Below, piece by piece: positions 1 through 9,970 of a DNA stretch of 64,000 bases; position 1 is the first letter of the stretch, and every line of letters starts with the position of its first letter. The position numbers and the translations under genes are program-made. The stretch is taken from positions 224,001 through 288,000 of the forward strand of contig CAWFDF010000004.1 in NCBI GenBank assembly GCA_963814585.1. The letters are read 5' to 3'. The notes beneath the pieces are model-generated. The model was not told the DNA's origin. It did not search any database and saw only the letters and a list, made by a program, of their open reading frames with translations. This DNA comes from an uncultured delta proteobacterium (GTDB lineage Bacteria; Myxococcota; Myxococcia; Myxococcales; Anaeromyxobacteraceae).

Positions 1-379
<379 letters not shown>

Positions 380-426
380 CGGTCTCGAGTCCGGGCCCCG
401 CGACCGCGGGTGCCGGGCGCGCACCA

Positions 427-461
427 GGGGCTGGCTCCGAGAGGGGCCGGCCCCGCTTCGT
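427..461 (+). terminator. Probable intrinsic terminator after recA
   Basis: 12-bp stem GGGGCTGGCTCC-gaga-GGGGCCGGCCCC (with G-U pairs) followed by gcttcgt; the U-tract is weak. Confidence 0.5.
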
Positions 462-576
462 CCCGGGGCACCCTGGCCCTCCCTGGTCCCGTCGAGAGCC
501 CCGCGGCGGGGCTGGCAGCCCAGTCCCACCAGCGGCTGCGAGGGCGCGCCGGATATGCTCTAACCTCGTTCCCCAG

Positions 577-1929
577 ATGCCCGTGGACCTCTCCTCCAAG
601 GACTGGCTCGCCCGCCTCGTCGACGAGGCGCTGGACCGCTACGACCCGGACGCCGAGCGGGCGCGCCTGCCCGACGAGCTGCTGCGGGCCGCGGCCGGCA
701 GGGACCTGGTGCCGGGCGCCCGGATGCTGGTGGCCCGCTCGCTCCGCCTCCACAAGCTGGCGCCGGGCGACGACTCGCCGGAGGCGGCCTTCCTGGAGGA
801 GGTGCGCGGCCACCTCGCCCTGGTGCTCGACGTGGCGCAGCTGGCCGGCCAGCCGTGGGACCGGCGTCGCGCCAGGGTCCAGCTGGCCGCCTCGCTGGCC
901 GAGGCGCTCGGCGAGGCGGGCCTGGCGGCGGCCGACGACTCGGGGCCAGGCCCGGGCGGGACGGCGCACGACGTCGAGGCGGCGCTGCGGGCGGCCGGCC
1001 GCGACCTGAAGGCCCGCTTCTTCCCGCCCGGCGATCCCATCGACGGGCTCCCGCTCTACCCCGGCCTGCGCGCCTCGTTCCGGCGGCAGCTGGCCCGGGT
1101 CGCCATGGGGTTCCAGCGGACCGGGCGGTTCGAGGCCGAGGCGCTGGCCCGCCACCGCACCTTCGCCGAGCAGGAGCGCGCCCTGCTGGCCGAGGGGCTG
1201 GCCGGCCTGCTCGCCGCCGCGGCCCCGGCCCCGAGCGAGACCTGGGCCGTGCTGCGCCGCCGCCAGCTCGGCCGGCTCGGCCTCCCCGGCCCCAGGCTGC
1301 GCGACGCCCGCCACGCCGTGGCCACCCCCCGCACCCCCGGCGCCCTGGCCCTGGCCACGCCGACGCAGATGCGCCCCTTCCTCCTGGAGCAGCTGCTCCT
1401 CGCCAAGCGGCGGGCCCGGCTCCCGGCCGAGCCGGCGGCCGGGTACATCGAGGCCTTCCGCGTGGCGGCCGGGCTCGACGATCAGGCGCTGGTGGCGGCG
1501 CAGGTCGAGGCGGGGGCGCAGAACGACGACCACCTGGCCTGGTTCCAGGCGGTGGGCGGCCCTGGCTCCGACTGGGGCCGCCTGGCGGAGGCCTGGGAGG
1601 AGACCTCCGACGAGGTGGTGGAGCGGATCGGCGAGGCGGTCACCACCAGCCTGGACGCGCTGACCACCGAGCTGCGGGAGACCGGCGAGCTGGGCCAGCT
1701 GCTGGCGCGGGCGGCGGGCGGCGCCACCCTCACCGCCGACGAGAAGCGCAAGGTGAAGGAGCAGCTGGTCGACCTCGCCAAGGCGGTGCCGGCGCTGGCC
1801 ATCTTCGCGGCCCCCGGGGGCATGCTGCTGCTGCCGCTGCTGGCCAAGCTGCTGCCGTTCAGCCTGCTGCCCGGTGCGTGGGAGAAGGCGCGCGAGCGGG
1901 AGCGGCTGCGCCGCCAGCGACCGGGGTGA
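577..1929 (+). CDS. LETM1-like domain protein
   Basis: C-terminus EKRKVKEQLVDLAKAVPALAIFAAPGGMLLLPLLAKLLPFSLLPGAW resembles the bacterial LETM1-related motif; the N-terminal region is helical and unassigned. Confidence 0.7.
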   Translation: MPVDLSSKDWLARLVDEALDRYDPDAERARLPDELLRAAAGRDLVPGARMLVARSLRLHKLAPGDDSPEAAFLEEVRGHLALVLDVAQLAGQPWDRRRARVQLAASLAEALGEAGLAAADDSGPGPGGTAHDVEAALRAAGRDLKARFFPPGDPIDGLPLYPGLRASFRRQLARVAMGFQRTGRFEAEALARHRTFAEQERALLAEGLAGLLAAAAPAPSETWAVLRRRQLGRLGLPGPRLRDARHAVATPRTPGALALATPTQMRPFLLEQLLLAKRRARLPAEPAAGYIEAFRVAAGLDDQALVAAQVEAGAQNDDHLAWFQAVGGPGSDWGRLAEAWEETSDEVVERIGEAVTTSLDALTTELRETGELGQLLARAAGGATLTADEKRKVKEQLVDLAKAVPALAIFAAPGGMLLLPLLAKLLPFSLLPGAWEKARERERLRRQRPG

Positions 1930-1984
1930 GAGGGCGGCCGCCCTCCGGCGCAGGCGGGAACGTGAGCGGCTGCGACGTCATCGG

Positions 1985-2158
1985 CCGGACGGAGGGGCCG
2001 ATGGGACTCCGGCGCGGGCCGGCGCTCGTCAAGCCCTCGCCGCCCGGCGCGGGTCCCGGCTCCGGCCCGGGCGGAGGGGCCGGTGGGTCTCCGGCTTGCG
2101 CCGGCGCGCGCTCAGCCCTCGCCGCCCGGCTCGGGTCCCGGATCCGGCTCGGAGGGCG
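1985..2158. repeat. Imperfect tandem duplication, period 82 bp, covering the fur 3' end
   Basis: gccctcgccgcccggc at 2033 and 2115; cggaggggccg at 1990 and 2072. Confidence 0.75.
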
Positions 2159-2648
2159 CGGCTTCGACCGGCGAGGGCGGCTCGGCCTGCGGTTCGGCGG
2201 AGAGGCAATCGGGGCAGGTCCCGACCAGCTCGTGGTAGTGCGACTCGAGCCGGTAGCCGTGCCTGGAAGCCACCTCGCGCTGCAGGATCTCGAAGGCCTC
2301 GAACTCGAACTCGATGACCTGGCCGCAGCGGCCGCAGAGCAGGTGGTCGTGGTGCTCGCGCCCGAAGGTGGTCTCGTAGCTCTTGGAGTCGGCCACCACG
2401 ATGGCCGGCTGGAGGATGCCGGCCTCGGCGAGCAGCGGCAGCGTCCGGTAGACGGTCGCCTTGGAGCCGCGGATCCCGCGTGCCTTCAGGTCGGCGATCA
2501 GGTCGTCGATCGGGTAGTGGCCCTGCCGGGCCATGGCCGCCTCGACGATGGCGGCGCGTGCCTCGGTGAGCCGGAGGTCCTTCAGGTGGAGGAACCGCTC
2601 GAACTTGTCGAGCGCGGCCTTCATCTTGTCCTTGTCGGAAAGTTCCAT
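2112..2648 (-). CDS. Fur family transcriptional regulator
   Basis: SKATVYRTLPLL helix-turn-helix, HHDHLLCGRCG and GTCPDC metal motifs. Start taken at MELSDKD; alternative start 2663. Confidence 0.93.
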   Translation of the reverse strand: MELSDKDKMKAALDKFERFLHLKDLRLTEARAAIVEAAMARQGHYPIDDLIADLKARGIRGSKATVYRTLPLLAEAGILQPAIVVADSKSYETTFGREHHDHLLCGRCGQVIEFEFEAFEILQREVASRHGYRLESHYHELVGTCPDCLSAEPQAEPPSPVEAAPSEPDPGPEPGGEG

Positions 2649-2775
2649 GCGACCTTGTCTCACGGGTCCAGACGGTAGCGGGCCGTCCGGGTGGAGTCAA
2701 CGAGGCTCACCGAGCCTGACATCCCGTCCCTGTTCCCTTGTTTCGCGGCGGCTCACCGCGCTACATCGGGTGCCA

Positions 2776-4839
2776 GTGCGCCACCGTCTCGCCTCCGCCG
2801 CCCTCCTCGCCAGCCTGGCCCTCCCCGCCCGGGGCCTGGCGCCCTCCCCCGCCAGCAGCGCCGGCGCACCGCCCACGGCGCTGCGCCAGGCCATCGACGC
2901 GCTGGTGGAGCGGTCGGCGCTGGCCGGCGCCCGCGTCGGCATCTGCGTGGTGTCTCTCGACTCCGGGGCCACGCTCTACGCCCGCGACGCCGACACGCTG
3001 CTCAACCCCGCCTCCGGCGTGAAGCTCTTCACCTCGGCCGCGGCGCTGGCCCGGCTCGGGCCGGAGTACCGGTTCGAGACCGAGGCCTGGCTCGACGAGG
3101 CGGGCCTGGCCGGCGGGGCGGCCCGCGCCCTCTACCTGCGCGGCAAGGGCGACCCGACGCTCACCACCGAGCGGCTCTGGGCGTTCGCCGCGGACCTGCA
3201 GCACCTCGGGCTGAAGCGGGTCGGCGACCTGGTGCTCGACGAGGGCTGGTTCGACGCCGAGCGGACAGGCGCCGGCTTCGACCAGGAGTCCGGCGACCAT
3301 GGCTACCTGGCGCCGGCCGGGGCGCTCTCGCTCAACTTCAACACCGTCGCGATCCACGTCGCGCCGGGCCCGCGGCCAGGCGCCCCCGGGCGGGTCGAGC
3401 TGGAGCCGGAGTCCGCCTACATCGAGCTCGTCAACCGGACCGTGACGGTGGGACCTCGCGCGGGCCGGCGGCTCTCCGTCACCTCGACGCCAGGCGGGCC
3501 GCCTGGCCGGCAGCGGATCACGGTGGAGGGTCGGCTCCCGGCCGGCCGGCGCCCGGTGACCTGGTGGCGCAAGATCGACGATCCGGCCCGGTACCTCGGC
3601 CAGACGCTGCGGCGGCTGCTGGAGCTTCGCGGCGTCCGGGTGACCGGGCAGGTGCGTCTCGGGGCGGTGCCGGCAGGAGCCCAGCTCCTCCACGTGGCCG
3701 AGTCGGAGCCGCTCTCGGACGTGGTCCGCCGTCTCAACAAGGGCAGCAACAACTTCATGGCCGAGCAGCTCCTCAAGACGCTCGGCGCGGAGGCGGCAGG
3801 TCCGCCCGGGAGCTGGAGCTCCGGGCTGGCGGTGGTGGAGTCCTTCCTGGCCTCGCTCGGCCTGCCGCGGGGCAGCTACGTGATGAAGAACGGCTCGGGG
3901 CTCAACGACGCCAACCGGTTCAGCGCCCGGCAGGTGGCGCGGCTGCTGGCGGAGACCTGGCGCCGCTTCCCGGTGGCCCCCGAGTTCCTCTCCTCGCTGC
4001 CGCTGGCGGGCAAGGACGGGACCATCCGCTGGCGGCTGGAGGGGCCGGCGCTGGCCGGGCGGGTGCGGGCCAAGACCGGCACGCTCGACGGCGTCAACTC
4101 GCTGGCCGGCTACGTGGAGACCGAGGAGCGGGAGCGGCTGGCCTTCGCCATCCTGGTCAATGACGCGCCGGGGAAGGCGGCGGCGATGACGCCGGGCATC
4201 GACGCGGTGACGGCCGCGCTGGTGACGGGAGGCGCGACCGGAGCCGCCGCCACGGTGGTGACGGCGGGTGCCCAGGACGGCGGCGCCACCTCCCCGGAGG
4301 CGCTCGACGCGGCGGCCCTCACCTATCTCGCCATGGGCCGGGCCCACGATCGGCGCAACGTCACCTTCCTTCGAACCGCGCTGCGGGCCGAGGCCGCGCC
4401 GCAGCTTCGCCTGGCGGTGGCCGAGGCGCTCTACCGCTCCGACCCCGACGCCGCCGCGGCCCGGCGCGGCCTGCTCGAGGCCTCCGACCCCCTCCCGGCA
4501 CCGCCGCTGGCGCGCCTGCTCGGGCTGGCGCAGGCCGGTGAACCTCCACCCGTGGTGGCGGCGCTCGGCGATCTCGCCGGCGAGGGCAGCGGCGACGCCA
4601 TCGCCCGGCTGCTGGCGCTGGCCGCCGCCGAGCCGTCCCCGCCCCTGCGCGAGGCGCTGGCCGCCGTGCTCGGCGAGGTGGTCGAGGCGGCGCCGACCGA
4701 GCTCCGCGTGGCGCTGCAGGCCGCCCCGCCGCCGGTGCGGGAGGCGGCGGCGGCCCTGCTGGGCGACCGGCTGCCCCCGGCGCCGGGCACGCTCGAGCCG
4801 GCCTCCATCGGGCCGGCCGCTGTCAGACCCGACCGCTAG
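2776..4839 (+). CDS. dacB: D-alanyl-D-alanine carboxypeptidase/endopeptidase (PBP4, peptidase S13) with C-terminal helical extension
   Basis: Signal peptide, SxxK (PASGVK), SxN (SNN), NGSGL and KTGTL motifs; GTG start at 2770 or 2776. Confidence 0.92.
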   Translation: MRHRLASAALLASLALPARGLAPSPASSAGAPPTALRQAIDALVERSALAGARVGICVVSLDSGATLYARDADTLLNPASGVKLFTSAAALARLGPEYRFETEAWLDEAGLAGGAARALYLRGKGDPTLTTERLWAFAADLQHLGLKRVGDLVLDEGWFDAERTGAGFDQESGDHGYLAPAGALSLNFNTVAIHVAPGPRPGAPGRVELEPESAYIELVNRTVTVGPRAGRRLSVTSTPGGPPGRQRITVEGRLPAGRRPVTWWRKIDDPARYLGQTLRRLLELRGVRVTGQVRLGAVPAGAQLLHVAESEPLSDVVRRLNKGSNNFMAEQLLKTLGAEAAGPPGSWSSGLAVVESFLASLGLPRGSYVMKNGSGLNDANRFSARQVARLLAETWRRFPVAPEFLSSLPLAGKDGTIRWRLEGPALAGRVRAKTGTLDGVNSLAGYVETEERERLAFAILVNDAPGKAAAMTPGIDAVTAALVTGGATGAAATVVTAGAQDGGATSPEALDAAALTYLAMGRAHDRRNVTFLRTALRAEAAPQLRLAVAEALYRSDPDAAAARRGLLEASDPLPAPPLARLLGLAQAGEPPPVVAALGDLAGEGSGDAIARLLALAAAEPSPPLREALAAVLGEVVEAAPTELRVALQAAPPPVREAAAALLGDRLPPAPGTLEPASIGPAAVRPDR

Positions 4840-4898
4840 GTTGCCAGCCTCACGACGCCGGCGGCTCACGCCGGCCACGCACGCGAAAGGTCACACCC

Positions 4899-5363
4899 AT
4901 GGTCAACAAGGTCATCCTGGTCGGCAACCTCGGCAAGGACCCCGAGGTCCGCTACACCACCGGCGGCCAGGCCGTCGCCAACCTCCGCATCGCCACCTCC
5001 CGCTCCTGGACCGACAAGCAGTCGGGCCAGAAGAAGGAGGAGACCGAGTGGCATGACGTCGAGGTCTGGGGCAAGCAGGCCGAGCAGTGCGGGGAGTTCC
5101 TGTCCAAGGGGCGCCAGGTCTACGTCGAGGGTCGGCTCAAGACCGACAGCTGGGACGACAAGACGTCCGGCCAGAAGCGCTCCCGCGTGAAGGTGGTGGC
5201 CGACACGGTCCGCTTCCTCGGCGGTGGCGGCGGCGCCGGGCGCGGCGCCGGGGCACCGGGCGGCGCCCGTCCGCCGCAGGGTGGTGGTGACGACCAGGGC
5301 GGTCCGCCCCCCGGGTTCGACGACGGCGGCAGCGGCGGCGGGCACGAGGACATCCCCTTCTAG
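4899..5363 (+). CDS. ssb: Single-stranded DNA-binding protein
   Basis: [20 protein letters not shown] start, Gly-rich linker, acidic DIPF tail. Confidence 0.98.
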   Translation: MVNKVILVGNLGKDPEVRYTTGGQAVANLRIATSRSWTDKQSGQKKEETEWHDVEVWGKQAEQCGEFLSKGRQVYVEGRLKTDSWDDKTSGQKRSRVKVVADTVRFLGGGGGAGRGAGAPGGARPPQGGGDDQGGPPPGFDDGGSGGGHEDIPF

Positions 5364-5393
5364 CCAGCACATCCGGCGCGGAGGCCCCGTCCG

Positions 5394-5744
5394 ATGAAGC
5401 CGCTGGTGGTGGTGGTCCGCGACCTGGTCTTCCGCTCCAAGATCCACGCGGCGGCCGAGCGGCTGGGCGTGCCGCTCCGGCTGGCCCCGCGCGGATCGAC
5501 GCTCTCCGAGGCCATCGCCGGCATCGAGCGGCCGACCGTGCTGGCCGATCTCGGCGAGCCCGGGCTGCTCGAGCAGGTCCGCGCCGCCAAGGGGCAGGGA
5601 CCGGTCCGCGTCATCGGCTACCTCGGCCACCTCCAGGAGGGGCTCATGGCGGAGGCCCGGTCGGCCGGCGTCGACGAGGTGCTCACCCGCGGCCAGTTCG
5701 TGGCCCGGCTCGACTCGCTGCTCCACGGTGGCGAGGTGAACTGA
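5394..5744 (+). CDS. Small atypical receiver (CheY-like) domain protein
   Basis: Alternating beta/alpha pattern VVVVRD...VLADL...VIGY...AGVDEVL; the conserved Thr/Ser and Lys of receivers are not kept. Confidence 0.6.
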   Translation: MKPLVVVVRDLVFRSKIHAAAERLGVPLRLAPRGSTLSEAIAGIERPTVLADLGEPGLLEQVRAAKGQGPVRVIGYLGHLQEGLMAEARSAGVDEVLTRGQFVARLDSLLHGGEVN

Positions 5745-5848
5745 GCTGCCGCCCGGCCCGTCGGGCGGAGGAACCGGCCACCTCGGGTGCGAGGGGTCCG
5801 CCGTGCTCGGCGGTCGACAGGCGGGGCCGGTGGCGCTAGAGAGTGGCC

Positions 5849-6115
5849 ATGGCTGCGCCCAGGATCACCGTCTACACCAAGGCCTCCTGTCCCTACTGCG
5901 TGCGGGCCAAGGCCCTGCTCAAGCGGAAGGGGTTCGCCTTCGAGGAGGTCTCCGTCGAGGGCAAGGACGAGCTGCGCACCTGGCTGGTCGAGCAGACCGG
6001 CCAGATGACCGTGCCGCAGGTCTTCGCCGGCGACCGATCGCTGGGCGGGTTCAGCGATCTCGACGCGCTCGACCGCGAGGGCCAGCTCGATCCCATCCTG
6101 CGAGGCGACGCCTGA
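5849..6115 (+). CDS. Glutaredoxin (GrxC-like)
   Basis: CPYC active site, TVPQVF, GGFSDL. Confidence 0.93.
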   Translation: MAAPRITVYTKASCPYCVRAKALLKRKGFAFEEVSVEGKDELRTWLVEQTGQMTVPQVFAGDRSLGGFSDLDALDREGQLDPILRGDA

Positions 6116-6134
6116 TCCCGGCGGGGAGGAACCC

Positions 6135-6551
6135 GTGGCCTGCTGGCTGGTGAAGACCGAGCCGTCCACCTACTCGTTCGACGACCTGCTCCTCGAGAAG
6201 AGGACGGCCTGGACCGGCGTGAAGAACCCGCAGGCGCAGCTTCAGCTGCGGGCCATGAGGACCGGCGACCGGGTCGCCGTCTACCACACCGGCGGCGAGA
6301 AGGCCGTGGTCGGCACGGCGCGGGTGGCGCGGGCGGCCAGGCCGGACCCGACCGACCGCGAGGGCCGGCGGGTGGCCGTCGAGCTCGCGCCGGCCCGGCC
6401 GCTCGCCGAGCCGGTGACCCTGGCCGCGCTGCGGGCCGAGAAGGCCTTCGCCGGCTCCGCGCTGCTCCGGCAGGGCCGGCTCTCGGTGGTGCCGCTCACC
6501 GCCGCCCAGTGGCGGGTGGTCCAGGTTCTGGGGCGCGCCCGGCGCGCGTGA
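6135..6551 (+). CDS. EVE domain protein
   Basis: WLVKTEP...WTGVKNPQA...YHTG...RQGRLSVVP, typical EVE signature. Confidence 0.92.
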   Translation: MACWLVKTEPSTYSFDDLLLEKRTAWTGVKNPQAQLQLRAMRTGDRVAVYHTGGEKAVVGTARVARAARPDPTDREGRRVAVELAPARPLAEPVTLAALRAEKAFAGSALLRQGRLSVVPLTAAQWRVVQVLGRARRA

Positions 6552-8983
6552 TAACGTCGGCCGCGTCCGTGGCCCCGTCCCTCATCGAGAAGTACCGGCA
6601 GATCCTCGCGGCCGATCCTCGTTCGCGCATCTTCGTGGAGCTGGCCCGGGCCCTCCTCGATCGCGGCGACACCAGCCTCGCCATGGAGGTCTGCCGGGCC
6701 GGGCTCGAGCACCACCCGAGGTCGATCCTGGGGCGAGTCACCTGGGGGCGGGCGCTGCTGCAGGCGGGCGACCTCAAGGGCGCCCAGGACCAGTTCGACG
6801 TGGCCATCGGCATCGATCCCGGCACGCCGCACGCCTACAACCTGGTCGGCGAGGTGCTGGTGGCGGCCGGCCACTTCCGCGAGGCGCTGCCGGTCCTGTC
6901 CCGCGCCGCCGAGATGCAGCCGGCCGACGCCCAGGCCAGGGCGCGGCTGGAGGAGGCGCGCCGGCGGGCGGGCGGCGGGACCGCGGTGGCCCTCCCCGCC
7001 GTCGTCGCGCCGGCCGCGGGCAGCGCGCCGAAGCCCGCCACCGCCCCGGCTCCTGGCCAGGCCGGCCCGACCCGCGCCGCCATGCCGGCCGTCACCGGAC
7101 CGGGCCAGGACGATCGCCCTCCTCTCGACGCCTCCAGGTCCACCGACGACACCCGCACCGAGGAGCTGACCCTTCAGCTCGCCGTCGGCGAGGGGCCCGC
7201 CGGCTCCGGGCAACCGGCCCAGCCGCCCCGACCGCCCCCCGTCCCGCCGGGCCGCCGGGGCGGACTCCCGGGCCCTCGCACCCTCCTCGGCATCCTGCCG
7301 CCGGGCGAGGGGGCGCCTGCCAGGGCCGCCGCGACGGCCACCGCCCCCGACGCGGCCGAGGCCGCCCGCCTGGCCTCGACCTACGAGCGGGAGCTTCGCG
7401 AGAAGGCGGCCCACGCCGAGGCCCAGGCCACGGCGCCCTCGAGGCGCGGCCGGGCCGTCGCCCTGCTGGCGCTGGCTGCGGTCCTGGCCGGCGCCCTCGG
7501 CACCTTCGCCTGGTTCAGGGCCCGCTCCCAGGCGGAGGAGCTGGAGCGGTCCCTCCGGGAGGCCCGCGCCGGGCTGGCGCGTGACACCCGCGGCGCCCTG
7601 GCCGAGGCGGCCGAGGTGCTGTCCAGGTCCCGGGCCGTCTCGCCCCGCGATCCGAGGCTCCTCTCGCTGGTGGCGCAGGTCAACGCGGTGCTGGCGTCGG
7701 ACCACGGCGACGCCGCCGCGCGCGCCCTGGCGCTGGAGCTGACCGACCCGGGCGTCGCCGGTGACGGCGCGCTGGCGGCGCGCTGGCTGCTGGCCGGCAG
7801 CGGCGCCGAGCGGGCCGCCGCGGCCACGGCCCTGCTCTCCACCCCGGCCGGTGCCACCCCGGAGCCGATCCTCCTCCGGCTGGCCGGCGAGGTCCTGCTC
7901 TCGCGCGGCGAGCTCGCCTCCGGCCGGGCCCGGCTGGAGCAGGCGGCCAGGGCCTCGCCGCCACTCCTCGCCGCGGTGGCCTCCCTCGGCGACAGCCACC
8001 TCCAGGCGGGCGACGCCGAGCGGGCGCTGGCCTTCTACGAGGGGGCCATCCGGGCCCACGCCACGCACCCGCGATCGGTGATGGGCGCCGCCGAGGCCCG
8101 GCTGGCGCTGGCGCGCCCGCTCGATGGCTCGCTGCTCGAGCTGGCCGCGGTCCAGGCCGATCCGGCCAGCCCGCCGCCGGTGCGCGAGAGGCTCCGCTTC
8201 GAGCTGGCCTACGCCCGGGTGCTGGCCGCCTCGGGCCAGATCGACGGCGCCGCGCGGCGGCTCACGCTGGCCGCCGGCGCGCTCGGCGACTCCTCCAGGC
8301 TCGAGGCCGCCCTCGCCAGCCTGCTCCTCGACGCCCGCCGATGGGACCAGGCCGAGGCGGCGGCCGGCAAGGCGATCCGCCTCGAGCCGAAGGTGGTGGA
8401 CCACCGCGTGCTGCTGGCCCGCGCCCGCAACGGCGCCCACCGGCACGCCGCGGCGCTCCAGGCGCTCGACGGGCAGGACGGCCGGCAGGCCTGGCTGGAG
8501 CGCGGCATCGCGCTCCACGGGATGGGCCGGCAGGAGCAGGCCCGGGCCGCGCTGGAGAAGACCCTCCGCGACGGGAGGATGCCGGCCGAGGCGGCCGTCT
8601 GGTATGCCCGCGCCGACGTCGCCCGGGGCCGCGCCGACCGGGCCGTGACCCTGCTCACCAGGCTGGCGGCCGCACCCGGCGCCGGGCCGCTGGCCCAGGC
8701 CACGCTGGGCGAGGCGCTGCTGGCGGCCGGGCGTCCTGCCGACGCCGAGACGGCCTGCCAGGCCGCCGTGGCCCGGGACGCCAGCGCGCCGGAGGGGCAC
8801 CGCTGCCTCGGCCAGGTGTTGCTGGCCCGAGGCCACGCCCAGGCCGCCATCGCCTCGCTGGAGCGGGCGCTCGAGCTCGACCCGGCCGACCCCGAGGCCA
8901 GGACGCTGCTGGCCGCGGCCAGGGCGCCGCCGGCACCGAAGGCCCCGGCGAAGAAGGCGCCACCGAGGAAGGCGAGGAAGTAG
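6548..8983 (+). CDS. Membrane-anchored tetratricopeptide repeat protein
   Basis: N-terminal TPRs, Pro/Ala linker, one hydrophobic segment (AVALLALAAVLAGALGTFAWF), C-terminal TPRs. GTGA overlap with the EVE stop; start could be 6569. Confidence 0.8.
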   Translation: MITSAASVAPSLIEKYRQILAADPRSRIFVELARALLDRGDTSLAMEVCRAGLEHHPRSILGRVTWGRALLQAGDLKGAQDQFDVAIGIDPGTPHAYNLVGEVLVAAGHFREALPVLSRAAEMQPADAQARARLEEARRRAGGGTAVALPAVVAPAAGSAPKPATAPAPGQAGPTRAAMPAVTGPGQDDRPPLDASRSTDDTRTEELTLQLAVGEGPAGSGQPAQPPRPPPVPPGRRGGLPGPRTLLGILPPGEGAPARAAATATAPDAAEAARLASTYERELREKAAHAEAQATAPSRRGRAVALLALAAVLAGALGTFAWFRARSQAEELERSLREARAGLARDTRGALAEAAEVLSRSRAVSPRDPRLLSLVAQVNAVLASDHGDAAARALALELTDPGVAGDGALAARWLLAGSGAERAAAATALLSTPAGATPEPILLRLAGEVLLSRGELASGRARLEQAARASPPLLAAVASLGDSHLQAGDAERALAFYEGAIRAHATHPRSVMGAAEARLALARPLDGSLLELAAVQADPASPPPVRERLRFELAYARVLAASGQIDGAARRLTLAAGALGDSSRLEAALASLLLDARRWDQAEAAAGKAIRLEPKVVDHRVLLARARNGAHRHAAALQALDGQDGRQAWLERGIALHGMGRQEQARAALEKTLRDGRMPAEAAVWYARADVARGRADRAVTLLTRLAAAPGAGPLAQATLGEALLAAGRPADAETACQAAVARDASAPEGHRCLGQVLLARGHAQAAIASLERALELDPADPEARTLLAAARAPPAPKAPAKKAPPRKARK

Positions 8984-9004
8984 CCGCCGGACCGCGTCCG
9001 GCCC

Positions 9005-9676
9005 TCACCGCCGCCACCGCCCCGCCTCCACGAAGGAGAAGTAGCCGCCCGCCGCCACGATGACGTGGTCGCGGGCCAGCACGCCGACCAGCTCGGCGGC
9101 GGCGCGCAGCCGCTCGGTCAGGTCGACGTCCTCCGGCGACGGGGCCGGATCGCCGCTGGGGTGGTTGTGGACGAAGACCACCGAGTGGGCGCCCTCCCGC
9201 ACCGCCGGCCGGAGCGCGTCGCGCGGCGAGACCGGGCACTGCGAGAGCGAGCCCTCCGCCACCTGCACCGTGCGCTGCAGCCGCCCGCGCACGTCGAGCA
9301 GCACCACGTGGAACCCCTCGCGCTCGGCGTGGGCGGCGTGGCGCAGCAGCTCGTGGACCCGCCGCGGATCGAGGCAGCGCTCGCCTCGCCGGGGTGGCGC
9401 CCAGCCGCCGCGGCGCCCCAGCTCGAAGGCCGCGGAGAGGGCGGCGGCGCGGGCGGCGCCGATCCCGGTGCTGGCGGCGATGGCGCCGGGCGGGGCCCAG
9501 GCCAGCTCGTGGAGCGGCGAGGCCTCCAGCAGGTCGAGGGCGCTGACGCGCGCGGGCCGGCGTCCGGCGCCCAGCACCAGGGCCAGCAGCTCCGCGTCGG
9601 AGAGCGAGCGGGGGCCGTCGGCGAGCAGCCGCTCGCGGGGAAGGTCGGGCGGCGTGGCGCCGGTCGGAGCGGTCAT
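9005..9676 (-). CDS. radC: RadC family JAB-domain protein
   Basis: PRERLL...LSDAELLALVLG, HhH segment GIGAARA, JAB motif HNHPSGDPAPSPED, DHVIV. Confidence 0.95.
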   Translation of the reverse strand: MTAPTGATPPDLPRERLLADGPRSLSDAELLALVLGAGRRPARVSALDLLEASPLHELAWAPPGAIAASTGIGAARAAALSAAFELGRRGGWAPPRRGERCLDPRRVHELLRHAAHAEREGFHVVLLDVRGRLQRTVQVAEGSLSQCPVSPRDALRPAVREGAHSVVFVHNHPSGDPAPSPEDVDLTERLRAAAELVGVLARDHVIVAAGGYFSFVEAGRWRR

Positions 9677-9970
9677 CGGGGTGGGACAGAGCAACGGGCG
9701 TGCCGCGACCGGAGCCGCCCCACGTCGGCTGCCGCCGATGGCCGGCAGGGGCCAACCGGCCTCCCCGCCTCGCCTTTCTCCTGACCGAGAGTAATCTCGG
9801 TGATCTCCGTGGAGGGCCCGATCCGGTCCCGGGGTCATCCTCCAGGACCGCCTCCGGCCGTGCGCCGACCTCCCAGGACCGCGGCGCGCCCACGGCCCCC
9901 GGACAGGGACCGGCCCGAGCCACCGGAGGACCGGTGGTCGGGCCGAGGTGCAGCCTGGGCTTCCCGGCCG

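Noticed and set aside
2085..2114. fur TGA followed by a hairpin, considered as selenocysteine read-through
   Set aside because: The TGA follows a disordered tail, does not align to a conserved Cys, and the read-through peptide is not protein-like; the hairpin fits a terminator better.
5773..5831. Cloverleaf-like fold between the receiver-like gene and glutaredoxin
   Set aside because: No T-loop (TTCG/TTCA), D-loop or CCA features of a tRNA; such pairing arises easily at this GC content.
9005..9676. radC as a marker of a mobile element or anti-restriction cargo
   Set aside because: Full-length chromosomal type with N-terminal HhH region in a housekeeping context; no integrase or transposase in the window.
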